Source: Raillietiella orientalis (taxonomy: Eukaryota). Taken from it: 64,000 nucleotides of DNA. Position numbers and translations under genes: made by a program. This document shows, in pieces, positions 35,601 to 48,050 of this stretch (positions are counted from its first letter, which is position 1; every line of letters begins with the position of its first letter). Below the pieces are notes generated by a model. The model was not told the DNA's origin and did not search any database. It was given only the letters and a program-made list of their open reading frames with translations. The stretch covers positions 124,001 through 188,000 of the forward strand of contig JAYWIR010000096.1 of the NCBI GenBank assembly GCA_036172245.1. The letters are read 5' to 3'.

Positions 35601-38600
35601 TACGATCTCGATGTTACGCGCGAACAGACGTACGAAGGCTAGCCGAATACCGTGCGGGAGCCGAGAGGCAGGCGTGGCAATCCGGGTCGGCCAGCTTACT
35701 GGACGACCACGGTTCGGAGCACTCGGCCCCCGCCCAGGTAAAAGGCTCATTAAAAAAATTCTACTCCTCCCTGTACGGGCGCTCTCCACGGGAACGAGAT
35801 GTCTCGCAACTTCTCCTTCCGGAGGGCGCTCCAGCGATAGGGGAGGAGGAGAGAAAGATTCTCAACGAGCCTTTCACGATGGACGAGATCCTCTCGGCCT
35901 TCGGAAAGCTCAAGAGACGAAAGGCTCCAAAAGAGAATGGCCTGCCCGCGGAGTTTTACCAAACTTTCGCCGCTGAGCTTACCCCTTTGGTACAGAAACT
36001 CACCTTGCTGAAACGCGAGACAGGTGACGTTCCCGCCTCGTTTCGTTCGGCAAAGTTGCGGGTCCTTCCTAAAGGAGCAGTTCTGAGGAGCATGATCAAC
36101 TGGCGTCCCATCACAATAGTGAATGCGGACGCCAAGTTGCTAGCCAACCTGTGGGCAGAGCGCCTGGGACGGGTAGCCAACATCTTCATCATCCCGGAAC
36201 ATACATATGCTGTTGCCGGGCGAAGCATGGAGGCGAACCTGTTTCTCGTTTCCACCTGGCTAGAGCTCCAACATGAAAGGAGCTTGGTGCACAGCCGGAA
36301 TTCCGGTGCGTGCGCCGGCAAGGGGTTGGATGGTCGGGTGGGGGAGGGAGCCCTTGCGGTCGCAATCGACTTGCGAAAAGCATTCGATTGCGTCGACCAG
36401 AATCTCCTTCTGGAGCTTCTGGAACGCTTGGGCTTCCCGGCCTTATTAGTGGCCAATCTGCGCTTTAGCTGGCGCGACGCGCTCATCAACGTTTCTTTCA
36501 GCGGGCAGACCGTGCACGGCGTGCCGGTATGGCGTGGGATCCGGCAGAGAGACAGCCTGAGCCCCTTGCTCTTCAGTATCTACTTTGAGTTGGTACTGAG
36601 AGCGTACAGGGGAACTCTGGCGCACCTGCCGCACGACTGTGCCGGTACGCCGGCCGTTGTAGCGTACGCGGACGACCTTCTGCTGCTGATCCCTATTTCC
36701 ATCCCGGCTTCGGCGGTCCAGGAGTTCTTCGACCTGCTGCATAGGTGAACACCCGACTTAAGGTGAACACTTCGAAGACGTCCGTAACGCCATTCGGAGC
36801 GGCGTTGGAGGGCAGCAGGACTGGGTCCGTTTGGAGATCCCCACAATACGGTACTTCAAGTACTTTGATGTACCGATGGGGGACTATCTTCCTTCGGATG
36901 CGTAACTTAGCTGCCTTCAGAATGTAGAGATGGCGATTGGCCCGTTCCAAGGCCGCAGACTTTTCCTGCCAGGACGGGCCGCGGTGCGGAACGCGTTCGT
37001 GGTCCCCCTTCTTCGTTTACCACTTTTTGTTTGCCCGTCCACCAAAGAGACTAAAAAGCAGACGTAGGACCTCCTAAGGATTGCGTTTTGGGGTAGAGGT
37101 AGGGCCCGATTCCGGCTTTCGGACTTGAGCGCTCCGCGTCGGGACGTCGGTCTAGGTCTTCTGACGCTAGAGCGGCTGGAACTCCAGCTCCAGTTTCCGT
37201 TACACGAACTAGTGGCGAAGTATTGGAGTTGCAGTTGGTTCGAGCCCGCACTTTTTCTCGACGAACAAGCTACAGGCAAGGTGTGACTGTCATCCTTCCT
37301 TGGGCTCCGTCGTCGCCGTCATGTCGGTCACTGCGGGTTGCAGCTGCGCAGAGTGTCTGATTTGATGAGGATGAACGCGGGATGGCATTTTATTTTCCCT
37401 CTAACGGAACCGTTTGAATCCAGGAAAGCGTTTACATGTGGGCGTGAAGCAACGATCACCTCGACGGACAAGATCGAAGACAACTGTTTGCTTGCAACGA
37501 ACGCTTCACCCTTATTGAGATTCTGCAGAATCCCTAGAAACAAGCGTGGGCGAAAATAATCCCCTCGCCGCAATGCTGTCTTCCCTCGCTAAACATTTGG
37601 ACAGCAACACTGCTGCGAAATGGGAAGTGTCCGTGAAAATCTCCGGTACGGAGAAACAGATCGGGGAATGGAAAACGGGCATTCTCTGTGATACTGTTGC
37701 CCGGATTATCACCCCAATTGGACTTTTGCACTGAGGCGAGCTGCTGGAATTTCCGACGGAACAACTTAAGAGGCCCCGGTTGCTGATGAACATCTTTACC
37801 CTCCCCCTAAAATGGCAGGACTCGGCGTTACTGTTGCCGCATTGGGGGCTCCCCTGCAACGCCCATTGACATCATTAGACCTGGGCTGCGGTGGACCCTA
37901 ATTGTTTGGGGTGTGGGAAACACCGTCCCTCCCCTACCTCCTTATGGATTGCGTTGCTCTTCGGCCCATTTGGAACCGCTTCGCCGCGGCAATCGGTATC
38001 CCCTGTGGCAACCCCAGAGACGCTATTAGGTCCCTCTTCGTTTCCGACGCCCTTTGGCCAGCGGCATTGTTATCAGCCATGTGCTGCTTTCGAGGGATCG
38101 TCGCTGCTCGGAGCAAGGCAATAGAAGGACTACGCGATAAGGGTACCATTTAATGCGCAGTCGAATTTATGAGGACAGCGACTGGATGGACCCATCTGGA
38201 TTAATTAAGTAATGGACAGCTTGCCAAAATTCTAGAAAGGATGGAGCGGCCCCGCAGCAGACTGTGATCCCTTCCCGTGCCCACCAGATCTTGTTTTTAT
38301 ATAGTTTTTATTTTCATTCATATCGTTTTGTTTTGTCCCAGCCCCCTGTACTGTCGTGGTTGACCGTACCAGAATGCGAACAGGTGACCCAGCAGGATTG
38401 TTGCTGTGTATTTCTATGTGGCTAAACCACCAGTTGAGCCACAGAATCTCGTTTTATCCGCAAGAATAAACGACCCGGCGCAACCGGGTGAGAAGCGACT
38501 TCAAGGACGGCGAAGCCCCGGAGGTGCTGACGAAGGTGCTCCAACGCTTCCGAATTGCTCAGTTGATAGCACGGCATCCTCCACACATTCTTCGTAGGCC

Positions 38601-41150
38601 CTTTTACAGGCGGTAGAAGCTGGAACTCCAGTATCGGATGATCCGAAATGTCGGACGCCAGGCGCCCTATCCGATCTACTCGTGAGAGCAAGTGTTCATC
38701 GAGGAACGCATGGTCCGCGAACTCTCCATCCTGGGTTCACCAGCAAGCAAGTTTTGCACACGCACGCACGCGCATACCTAGCTCAACAGTTGCTTCTCCC
38801 TCGAGCGGCATCTCTTCTCTGTTAGCAAGTGGACGTTGAAGTCTCCTGCAAGGAGGATTGCCATTTAAGAGCCAGAGTCAGAGAGCCAACGGCCGCGCAG
38901 GCCACCCTGCCCCGGACGAGGAACGCGACTGCACACGTGTGTGCGGAGCCTTGCCGCCAGTGTAGCGTCCCGCCCGAGTGTTCTTCCATATTCGATGCCT
39001 GCCGTTCGGAGATGCTATGTATCTCCTGCAGCAAAACCAGATCGAATGCGCGCAAAGCGTTGGCTACCGTCCGCCTTTTTTCAGCATCACGTAGCCCGTT
39101 GACATTCCAACAGGCCACGCTGACGCGACGAGCGGACGCGAGTCCATGCTTTAGTGCTGCGGACATCACGACGTGCTCGTCGCCCCGTTCGGCGAGAAGT
39201 CAGCTGGTAGGAGAGCGGATTGGGAAGCGGAATCGCTCCCGTTTGCCGTCACATCGCACCCAGCTGAGTCCTGAAAAACGACGATCATCGGCTGGGGCTC
39301 CGTGCATAGGCCGGAACCGCCTCCGGCAACAGGCTCGTGCTTTCGCACTTTAGCTTGGCGCGCTTGCGGGTTACCCCAGGGTGCGCGCACTCTTTACTTG
39401 CAATCGGACTCCACCTCGGAGTCCGAATGCCGAGAACGAGACTGGCGTTTCGCCTGTCTCTTGTTTTTGCGGCAGGTGGGTCTTGCCCTGCTTGCGCGGG
39501 GCCGCCGCAGTCGCCAACGCCGACACCGCTTCCAGAGCTTTGGCTTTCGCAGCTTCCTACTCGCGCGAAGCGAGAGACAGAGCACGCAGCCGTAGTGCGT
39601 ACCTGGGTACGCACCTTCTTCGGCGTGCTTCACTTCTGTCTCCTACCTACCTTAAGGATGGGGAATATTGAAGGGTCAACCTTCTTCTTCCCCTTTGTGG
39701 GCGTCCTGGAGACTCGAGTCCAGCGCGCGTCGGGGACACCCTCCTGGGAGGCCGACGCCTCCCTCAATTGTTTAGCCGGAGATACCGGCTCACGTTTCGC
39801 GCTCGCGGCGGGAGACGGCTCCGTCCCCGTTACGCACTGCACCTGCTTCTTAGCCGATGCGAGCGAAACGGCGGTGATTGCCGTCGTCCCGCGAGGCGCT
39901 ATTGCAGCCTTCGCTGCTCGTGCCTTCGGCGTGGAAGACGTGATCTCCACCGCCGTAGGAGGAGACTGCCGTTCAGAGGTAGCTCCGAGGGTACCCGCGC
40001 ACGGTTTCCCGTATGCTCCGCTGGACGCGCAAGCGGACGCGGACGGTTCAGCAGCCTTGATTGAGTGCGTGCCCGCACTCTTAGGCTGCTTCGAAGGGGA
40101 CCATTTGCCCCTAGGGCGACGTGGCATCTTTCCCGTCTTGGCGGTTGTCTGCGATGGTGGCTTTCCTGAAGCAACCGCGCCTTTTTTCGCGGGACCGGCA
40201 CTCGAAGATGCCCCGCCCTTGGAGCCCGATTTCTCCCGTGGCACAACGGGGGATCTTTTCGGCGCGTACGGGGTTGATTGTTGGCGGCTGATCGCCTGCC
40301 ACTTTCTCTTCAGCTCGGCGCACTCTTTGATGGAGTGGCCGAGCTGTTTACAATAGCAGCAGTTGCGTAAAGGGCACGTCCACGGACGGTGGCCCTCGGC
40401 ACCGCAAATGCCGCAAGCCAGTCGCTGACCGGCAAATTTAAGGTGGACGATCGCATCGCCCACCTGCAAGTGCGGAGGCATTTGCCTCCTATCCGCCATG
40501 GTGACACGCGCCATGGCAAGTTCGCTGTGGAGAGATGCAGTCCTTTTGATCGGATTATCTGCTCTCCTCAGCGCGTGCACCGTGGCGGATGAACTAAGTG
40601 CACCGACTAGCACGCGATCGGGCGTGTCCACCTGGACGGCGGACATTCGGACCACGAACGACTGGTCCATCGCCGAAGGGACCACCTTCTTCCCGCGTAT
40701 GTTAAGCGGGGTGCGGAGAAGGCGCTGGACTAGGGATGTCTCTTTGCAGTGCACCTTCCAGTGTCCGAGCGCGTTAACCGGCATGACGGCTAGGAGGTCG
40801 TCCTGCCGGACCCCGACGCGCAAAAGCTCTTCCCACAGAATATCTCCGGCCCCGTCGGAAATAGCAGCACTCACCCGATATCAGAGAGCAGGCTTGCAGC
40901 CATGGGCTGCGTATGCCTGCAGCTTCGCTTCGTCGGGCGGTGCTCCGTTGGCTGCCGCCGCCTTGACGACGGCGGCGAAGCTTCTCGCCGGTGGCGAGAC
41001 ACAAGTAGCAGAGGCGGACCGGGCATGCGGAGTGGAGTCTTCATTGCCGGCAGCAGCCTCCACATCCATCTTCTCCTGCGTGAGCTCCGTGGACATTTTA
41101 GTGTACGCACTCGGGCACACAACACACAAAAAAGACGGAAAGGAATCGCT
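32677..41150 (-). mobile_element. Family B copy B2 (ORF1, APE and linker), interrupted by A' and cut at SAPADV by F
   Basis: 32677-32961 and 38495-41150 are collinear with B1 ~11535-14590. Confidence 0.88.
32962..38494 (+). mobile_element. Family A': full-length decayed copy (ORF1 33061-34685, ORF2 34685-38267), nested antisense in B2
   Basis: 5' GAGCGGACGGG; TAATG 34683-34687; DLRKAFD, YADD; AATAAA 38465; hairpin 38474-38488. Confidence 0.9.
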
Positions 41151-42600
41151 TTAAGGAGGGCTACAACCATGCCTTTCATTATAAGGCAGGTAACCTCAAT
41201 TCTCCTCTTACCACGCGAAAATTTGGAAATGCCATTCGGAAGATGGGCATTAGAGACCAGTAGATTTTCTATTTCTTTGTTTGCAGAGGCAACAGTTTGC
41301 CGAGCTCATCTGCCGAGATGCAGCGCTCACGCACAAACTGCTCTGCACGCCTATACCTTCCGATGAACTTAATGTCCTCATACATATGTTGGATGACTCT
41401 AAAGTGATCTACTTATCTGGCAGAATTGCTCGGTTTAGCGAGGAAGCCATCCGCACAGAATTAAACAAATTCGCAAAGATTTACGCAATTCTTCAGGAGT
41501 TTAACTCATTCACCTTTAGAGGGTCATTTAGTGGGCGAGTGGCCTCTTGGGTAGCTCTTCACAACATTGAACCTCCCCACAAACTAGAGATCAACATGAA
41601 GCTGGTTGACATCGGGTACGTGGTGAAGGAAAAATGATGCAAGCAGTGCAAAATGCTCGCGTATTTGAAACAACGATGCCTTTAAGCAAATTGACCAACA
41701 TGCGTCGAAAAGGGCCATACAAGCGTCGTTTGTTTGAATATCGTCGTTTCACCGCCGGAAACCCCCAAGAAAGAGGGCTAGAAGGCAAAAAAACAAGTAG
41801 AGGCGACTAATGGCCAATCCCAGAAGAAGTAGAACAGGCGGAGCAGGAGTCTCAAAGGTAGACTTCTAAGCAAAATGTCGGCGTGAACGACGGGAAAAAG
41901 GTCGTAAACAAAAAACTGAACAATAATAGAAATAAAACAAAAACCCTGCAAAAAAACACAAGGCAAAACGCGAACGTTCCAACAAAACTCGCTAGTGGCA
42001 CTAATGAAATTTCGACGTGTGGAATAATAAACAAATGCCGCGTTACAATTCAGCGCGTTCCGTCGATCGAGCGTCGATCGGTGAACGCGAAAGCTTTAGC
42101 CGTCCAGGAACTGCCACAGAAAAACTGTGACAAGGGTGACAGCAGCAGCGATGAGAAGACTTTCGATAAGGCGGCAGTGGAAGTGACAGCGAAGTTAATG
42201 CAGCCTCCGTAGGCTGTAAAGAAGGCCGTGAGGCGACCGGCGGATTTCGAAGGTCTGGCAACTTCCGAGTCCGCAACGGGAAGCGGAAGCGCTCTCTCCT
42301 TCGCCCACCGGAAGAATCGTGTTCGGTGTGTCGGTGCGAAAAGGGATCAGGCGGAACAATATCCTGATCCGCGTGCTCTTCAGCATTCACTTTTAGCTGG
42401 TGCGTTGAGCGCAGCGGTAGAATCCGACTTGCTTGCCGCGTGTATGCCCAGGTTTTTACCTGGACATGCTATGGCATTTCTTATTAAAATAAAAATAAAT
42501 AAAATTATGCGATGAAGTCTAAAAGCATGTTTTAGGCCGAACACGCGGTTTTGCTTCATGAAACACTCCTAATTACAGGTTTGCAGGCCGGTGAAGTAGC
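41151..42600 (+). mobile_element. Old, heavily decayed ORF1 and start of APE of a related family
   Basis: KEGYNHAFHYKAGNL, ELICRDAALTHKLLCTP, KCRVTIQRVP, EKTFDKAAVEVTAKL, LLHET. Confidence 0.7.
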
Positions 42601-43265
42601 TACCGTTGGGACGCAAAAACCACAAAGAAACAAAAAATGGAAAGGGAGTGGGGGCGTCGACGGTATCCTGGGTATGGAAGAAAGGGGCCACTGCAGAGCT
42701 CGAGAGGTCCTCCAAATACGGTTCTGTTTGCTAAGGAGTGCGGATCTGAATGTTTAAAGGCGGCGCCATATGAAATCTTTTTGAATGGAGATGGCTGCCT
42801 GATGAATGGCATTCTGGCTGTTGCGGCTCTGCTCGTTGCGGAAAACTTATCCAGCATTCCGCGTGCGCAATGCAGAGCTACTACACAGGCAGCTGTTCGA
42901 AGAGAGTTCTGAATCGAGAAGTGATAAAAAATCTTCTCTGGATCACCAAGACACATGTAGAAACTCCACGATAGTCGATTCCACATTGGGTGGACAGCAA
43001 TACATTCGAATAGGAGGTAGAAAAAGCTTTGCTTCTCCTTAAATCCTGAACAATTGAAATTCACGCATTCTAATGTCCACAGGGCAAAGCGTGCGTTTTG
43101 AAGGAGTTCAAAATGCAATCCCAGCAAAGCAGTTTCTTGTCAATCCAGGAGAAAGGTGCTCCTGTCACAACTCTATGGGAGCCACTTCCACTTCACATCC
43201 TCCGGAGAAATATCGAGCAGCACTCCCCATCGTCCAAACCCTTTAAATGGGACACTATGGAGATA
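42601..43265 (-). mobile_element. Old decayed ORF2 C-terminal fragment plus U-rich 3' UTR
   Basis: RWGVLLDISPEDVK, QETALLGLHF, YLLFECIAVHPMWNRL. Confidence 0.65.
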
Positions 43266-43269
43266 CCCA

Positions 43270-44780
43270 AGTACAGTGGCCGTGTAGGCTTATACAATCA
43301 ATCGGCTGTTTATGCAGCCTACGTTCACCTACGCATCGGAGTTCTAAAATTTCTTCGACCTGCTACGCCGGAGGAAAAGACACGAGATGAAGAGAATGAT
43401 CGCCTTCTTCTCGAAGACGATCTTTTCAACGATGATAAAAGAAATAAATGTGGATAGGAACCTATTAAACCAAGGGAAAAAAATCAACAAAGTCAGTCAG
43501 CAATTGTAGGAGAAAAGAGCCATTAAGTAAAGGATGGATTCACTGTGACCTCTATTCTTAACAGTTTTGTCAACTAAAAGAAAGAATCATATACCAATGC
43601 AGATAACATCCGCTCTAGAACCAACACACACAAACAAAGCCCAGAGGTAAAACATGGGAAGGCTATGGATCAGCAAGGCGGTTAATAACTTAGAAAGACA
43701 GAAAAAATCTAGTTCAGCTTTAAGTGAATAATGTTGCCAATTTTTGAAACCGAATTACCCTTCCGAGAAAAAAAATATATATTCTGGAACTTCTTTAATG
43801 GGTTCAACTTCAGAAGAAACAAAGAAAATGAAGATATATTCTCAGCTGTTACCAACGAAACTCCATTTAGCAAGCGTTCCGCGAATAGATATTGAATAAA
43901 AAGCAAAAACAAAAGTCCACATCAAAAATCCAAGAAATAGTTGAGGCATAAACCACTAAACAGGTTCCAGACTGCAGCATACAAACGAGGAACTCGAAGT
44001 AACATTGGAATAACCTAGGAAACAATTAAAATAATCAAGTTTCAGTTCTGTGTCACTCACACTTCAAAGCTTGATCTTAAAGAAAATTTTATGATATTCT
44101 CTTCGAAAAAGGTAATCAACTAAATGTAACATTAACATGAACCTAAAAATTCTCAAATGTTAGGTTCTCTCGGCATGGAATCACAACTTCGAAATCAGGA
44201 AATTTTGGATCGTGTAACGATCGTGAAAGAGATATGTAAACTGTACGATCTTATAGAGGAGACAGCATTATACAAATTTGAGAACAGCAATGAATTTTCA
44301 AGTTTCATAAATTTAGCAGGCAGGAATGACGACATAGATACAATACCCTTTCTAGATCAGAATTTCAAAATGAAACTACGAGAGATTGGATTCTCCAGAA
44401 TCAATGATCTACTTGAATGTCTCAGGTATTGCGATTACGAAGGACTGTTGTTTATAATCGTGGTTCGCGCCGACCTCGGAGGTGACCTACAGCAAACCAT
44501 ATCACAACTAATATTTCTGGCCTTAACACTCTACTTCTATATACTGTTAGGAAAATGATAAAAATCAAAGAAATAAAAAAACTTAAAAAAGTGGTGTGAA
44601 GTGATGAACTTATATTGAGCAATAGAAAACTGAGACAGGGAAGTGCATAGGTCAGGTCAGGTAAGGTTAGGTTAAATTAGGATGAGCGGTTGCCTTGGTC
44701 AACGTTTTGTGCGCTTCCCGCGTGCTGTGGTTTCCGAATTCGTCCTATCGACGGAATGACGTTTGCGGAAGTGGCAGACC
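43270..44780. other. AT-rich island unrelated to the retroelements
   Basis: Abrupt compositional shift; no retroelement motifs; TTAGG-like pentamers at ~44649-44681. Confidence 0.7.
44157..44558 (+). CDS. Hypothetical protein or exon of unknown function (133 aa, hydrophobic C-terminus)
   Basis: Open frame in AT-rich DNA where stops are otherwise frequent; no motif recognised. Confidence 0.3.
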   Translation: MLGSLGMESQLRNQEILDRVTIVKEICKLYDLIEETALYKFENSNEFSSFINLAGRNDDIDTIPFLDQNFKMKLREIGFSRINDLLECLRYCDYEGLLFIIVVRADLGGDLQQTISQLIFLALTLYFYILLGK

Positions 44781-46435
44781 TACTGCATTCGACTGAGGAT
44801 CCCGCGGTCCGGTACTTTAAGTACCTTAGCGTTCTGTTGTGCAAATTCTGCCCGTCACAAACGTGATCGGCCTGTTGTCAAAAGGCAGAGATAGCTCTCT
44901 GGCCTTTCCTGGAAGGCAACCTCGTCTTGCCAGAAAAAATGTTCATATGGAACACTTGCCCTGCTTCTCCGCTCTTTGTTTTTTGTTTGTACGCCTCCCT
45001 ATTTGGTGGAACTCCGGACTCAGCATCTCCTTCGCAAAGCCGTGTGGGGCGCTGCACGCTCCCAGGTTCCACTTAAAGATTTGGTGGCGCCATGCCAGGA
45101 CGCAGGCCTGAGCATTCTGACCATCCAGAAGATTGGACTGCAAGTGCAGTTCCGACCTTTATCCCTATGTGGGAAAATGTGGCCTAATCAGTGGTGTGCT
45201 CCAGCTCGCCGTATCCTCCAGCGATGTGTGAACAGTGCAGGACTGCTTTCGTTGCTGCCGTGCAACCTTCGCCGGAGAACTGCATTTGGTTACCCACTAA
45301 GGCATCTCGTTGTTGTTAGTCCATTCCTGCATTTTTTACCCCCCCTCCAACTGAAATGCTTGGCAGCAGGAATGTCTGAAGCACTAGACTTCTTTGGATG
45401 TGCGTCCAGTGCAACTGCGAACTCTAAAGGGTCTCTAACGCAAACCGCTAGGAGTGATCCTACAGGACTGGTCGCTTTGGTCCCGGGTAGCCGTCTCACC
45501 CATCGCCGCAGCGCTGTCTGCTCTCAGGGCAAACAACGACAGCAGACAACCGGCAAGGTGGGAGTTCTGCAGCATTGCAGGAGTGTGGAGACTGCTGATC
45601 GGCTGCAAAACAAGCGTGTTGATAGAAGCTGCCACTCCTCGTTACCCGGCAAAGGGACTCCTTCGTTGGAGTGAGGTTGTTAGATTACTCTTCGAAGATC
45701 TCGTGGTCCCTTCCTGTGTGTGAACACCTCCTCGTTCCCGCTTCGATGGAAACAGGATGTTCTGCTTTTCCTGCACTGGGGATTTCAGTGCAATAAGCGC
45801 AGACACTTGGTTTTCGGGGAGTCGCCTCCCCGAACTGCCTAAGGTGTGGAGCGATAGATTCGCTTACGCACCTGTTCCTGGAGTGCAGTGACTTGCGGGA
45901 GTTATAGCGGAGACTTGCTTTGGCACTTCAACGTCCCTAGGACACTGTCATCGGCCTGCTGAGATGCTTCTTCAACGAAAATACAGACTGGATAAAGGCG
46001 CTGTGATCGCAAAAATCTGTTGCATCCCCGCCATCGTAGCGGCCCGCCGTAAGCTACAAGGAAGCTCGCAGCGTATGGACGCCGTCAGGATAGCCGCGAA
46101 CCTTATGGAGGTAGCTGTCAGGTGGCCTCATGTGCACAGAAAAGTCTCCAGAGAAGTCCCCATCGTAAGACTGCGCTTCTAAGAAGATGAGGAACGTTTA
46201 ATGCCAAAGATCCTGTACCCCATCCTCCACCGTTTTCTTGTTTGTTCTCTAATGTTTTGTTTATTTTGTAGCCCTCTTCCTCCGTTCCTTTCTTTTGTAA
46301 GGCGGCCTGCGTGCCGGTGATCCTTCCGGGCTGAACATTCTGTATGGGCTTCTCTGGTGTCTTCAAGGGATAAATTTTCCTTCAAGATTGTGGTTTGTTT
46401 TCAAAAATAAACGTCTTTGCGCAACCGGGTTCAAA
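44781..46435 (+). mobile_element. B/C-clade (G) ORF2 C-terminal part with 3' end
   Basis: RYFKYL, LKDLVAPCQDAGL, HLFLEC; AATAAA 46406-46411 and decayed hairpin. Confidence 0.8.
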
Positions 46436-46705
46436 CTGCATCAACGCGCAAAGGATGAGCACCACGGGGACGAGCTCCGCCGCGAAGCACGGAAAGAACT
46501 CTGCGGGCAGGCCATCCTCCCCAGTCGTCTTACGCCCCTTCAGGCTCACTATGGCGGAAGATACCTCTTCCGCTGTGAAATGCCCATCCAATCTGGCGCG
46601 TACCTCCTCGTCAATATCTGAGTTACCCGTCGGAAGAAGTAGCTCGGAGAGACTGCGTTCTGTGGGCTTTTCCGCGTACAACGAGGAGTAGTAGCGCTTT
46701 CCGCG
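46436..46705 (-). mobile_element. B-type ORF2 linker/RT-start fragment (host of G)
   Basis: RYYSSLYA...GEDGLPAEFF...LCALMQ. Confidence 0.8.
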
Positions 46706-48050
46706 CGGTGCACCCCGGATTAGTCCGTTCCAAGAAGGCAGGATCTACTTGCAGGAACGGGCCGCGATGTAAAACGTGTTTCCGGCCCCCCTTCTTCGCC
46801 CCCTACTTTTTGTGTGCCCCGCCTCAAATTTCTGACGAAAAAGGGCAGCGGGCCTCCTCAGGACAGTCCTTTGGGGCAAAGGTAGGTCCCGTATGAGGCT
46901 CAAAGACTTCTCTGCTCCACGAAACGACGGTGGACTAAGCGTTCTTACGCTGGAGCGCATAAAAGTGCAACTCCAGTTTAGGACTCTCGCCCTCGCGGCA
47001 GAACTGTGGGACACGCCCTGATGCATCCCAGCACGCCTCCTGGCCCAACGAGCCTGCGGATTCGGCGGACTTTTGTCGTTTCTGCTGGCGCGCGACCGCA
47101 GAGAAGCACACGGCGGCTTTCTCCTGCGTCGCATGGACGTTGTGGTACGGGAGAACGCCTGGATCTCCTGCCTCCCAGGGAACTACTCGGCATGGTTGCA
47201 CGAGTCAGTCTCCACCTGGGAAAAGATCCACGTTCCGGCGGGCACAAGGAACACTTGCCTGAAAAGGCACGCCCGCTGGACGCTGCAAAAGATCGTGCAG
47301 TCCCACAAGGCTGGCAAGAAGAACGGTTGCCCGAGACGTGTCGCCCCTCTGCAAGTGGAGGAGGCCACGTCCTCGGGCACGGAGGAGGAGGCAATGTGCG
47401 TTGCCCCACGCGACCCTTCTCCGTTCCGTGTCTCTGAAGCCAGCCAAATTGAAGTCTCTCTGGAAAACGTGCTCACAAGGTAGCAAACGTGCTACCTTGT
47501 GAGCAGCAGACCGTCGTCACGGCCGCCAGCGAGGCGCCTCCCGGAAGGGAGAAGGCCACCTCCACCCCACCATAAACACACCGATTGGTGGGCTCGCCTC
47601 TTGCAGCCGCTTGCACGTCACCTGTTGGAATGTCAACGGATTGCACGACGACGGTAAGAGGCGAGACGTAGCCGCCACACTGCGAGACTTCGACCTGGTG
47701 CTCTTGCAAGAGACGCATCTTCTCATAGCAGATGTCCAGAAAATCGAAAAATTCGCAGGAGGACGCCTACTGTGGAGGAACTGAACGGAATTCTCCTGCG
47801 GAGTGGACTTTCTGCTCAAGCCACCCGTCGACAATTCACTGCGCAGCGTCCGGTTCGACGAGGACGGTCGAGTTGGGCAGCTTGTGTTCAAGTGCTTCGA
47901 CTCGATCGACTTCGTGGTCTCGAACCTGTACGCTCCAGTGGGCAGCCACAGGGCCAAGGAACGCACTGCGTTATTCCAATCCCTGCGGCGATAGTGGTTG
48001 GTGGAAGCGGGCGTGCAAAGGGCGCACCTCATTGCGGGCGAATTCAATCT
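46706..48050 (+). mobile_element. Mosaic: ORF2 C-terminal fragment joined (~47380) to an ORF1 end and APE N-half ending at IAGEFN
   Basis: LKDFSAPRNDGGL; VTCWNVNG, LQETH, NLYAP, GEFN. Confidence 0.75.

Noticed and set aside
43098..43457. 119-aa ORF as a gene
   Set aside because: Its first half is antisense of a decayed ORF2 fragment and it crosses the island boundary.
44649..44681. True telomeric TTAGG array
   Set aside because: Only about six degenerate pentamers, internal to the window.
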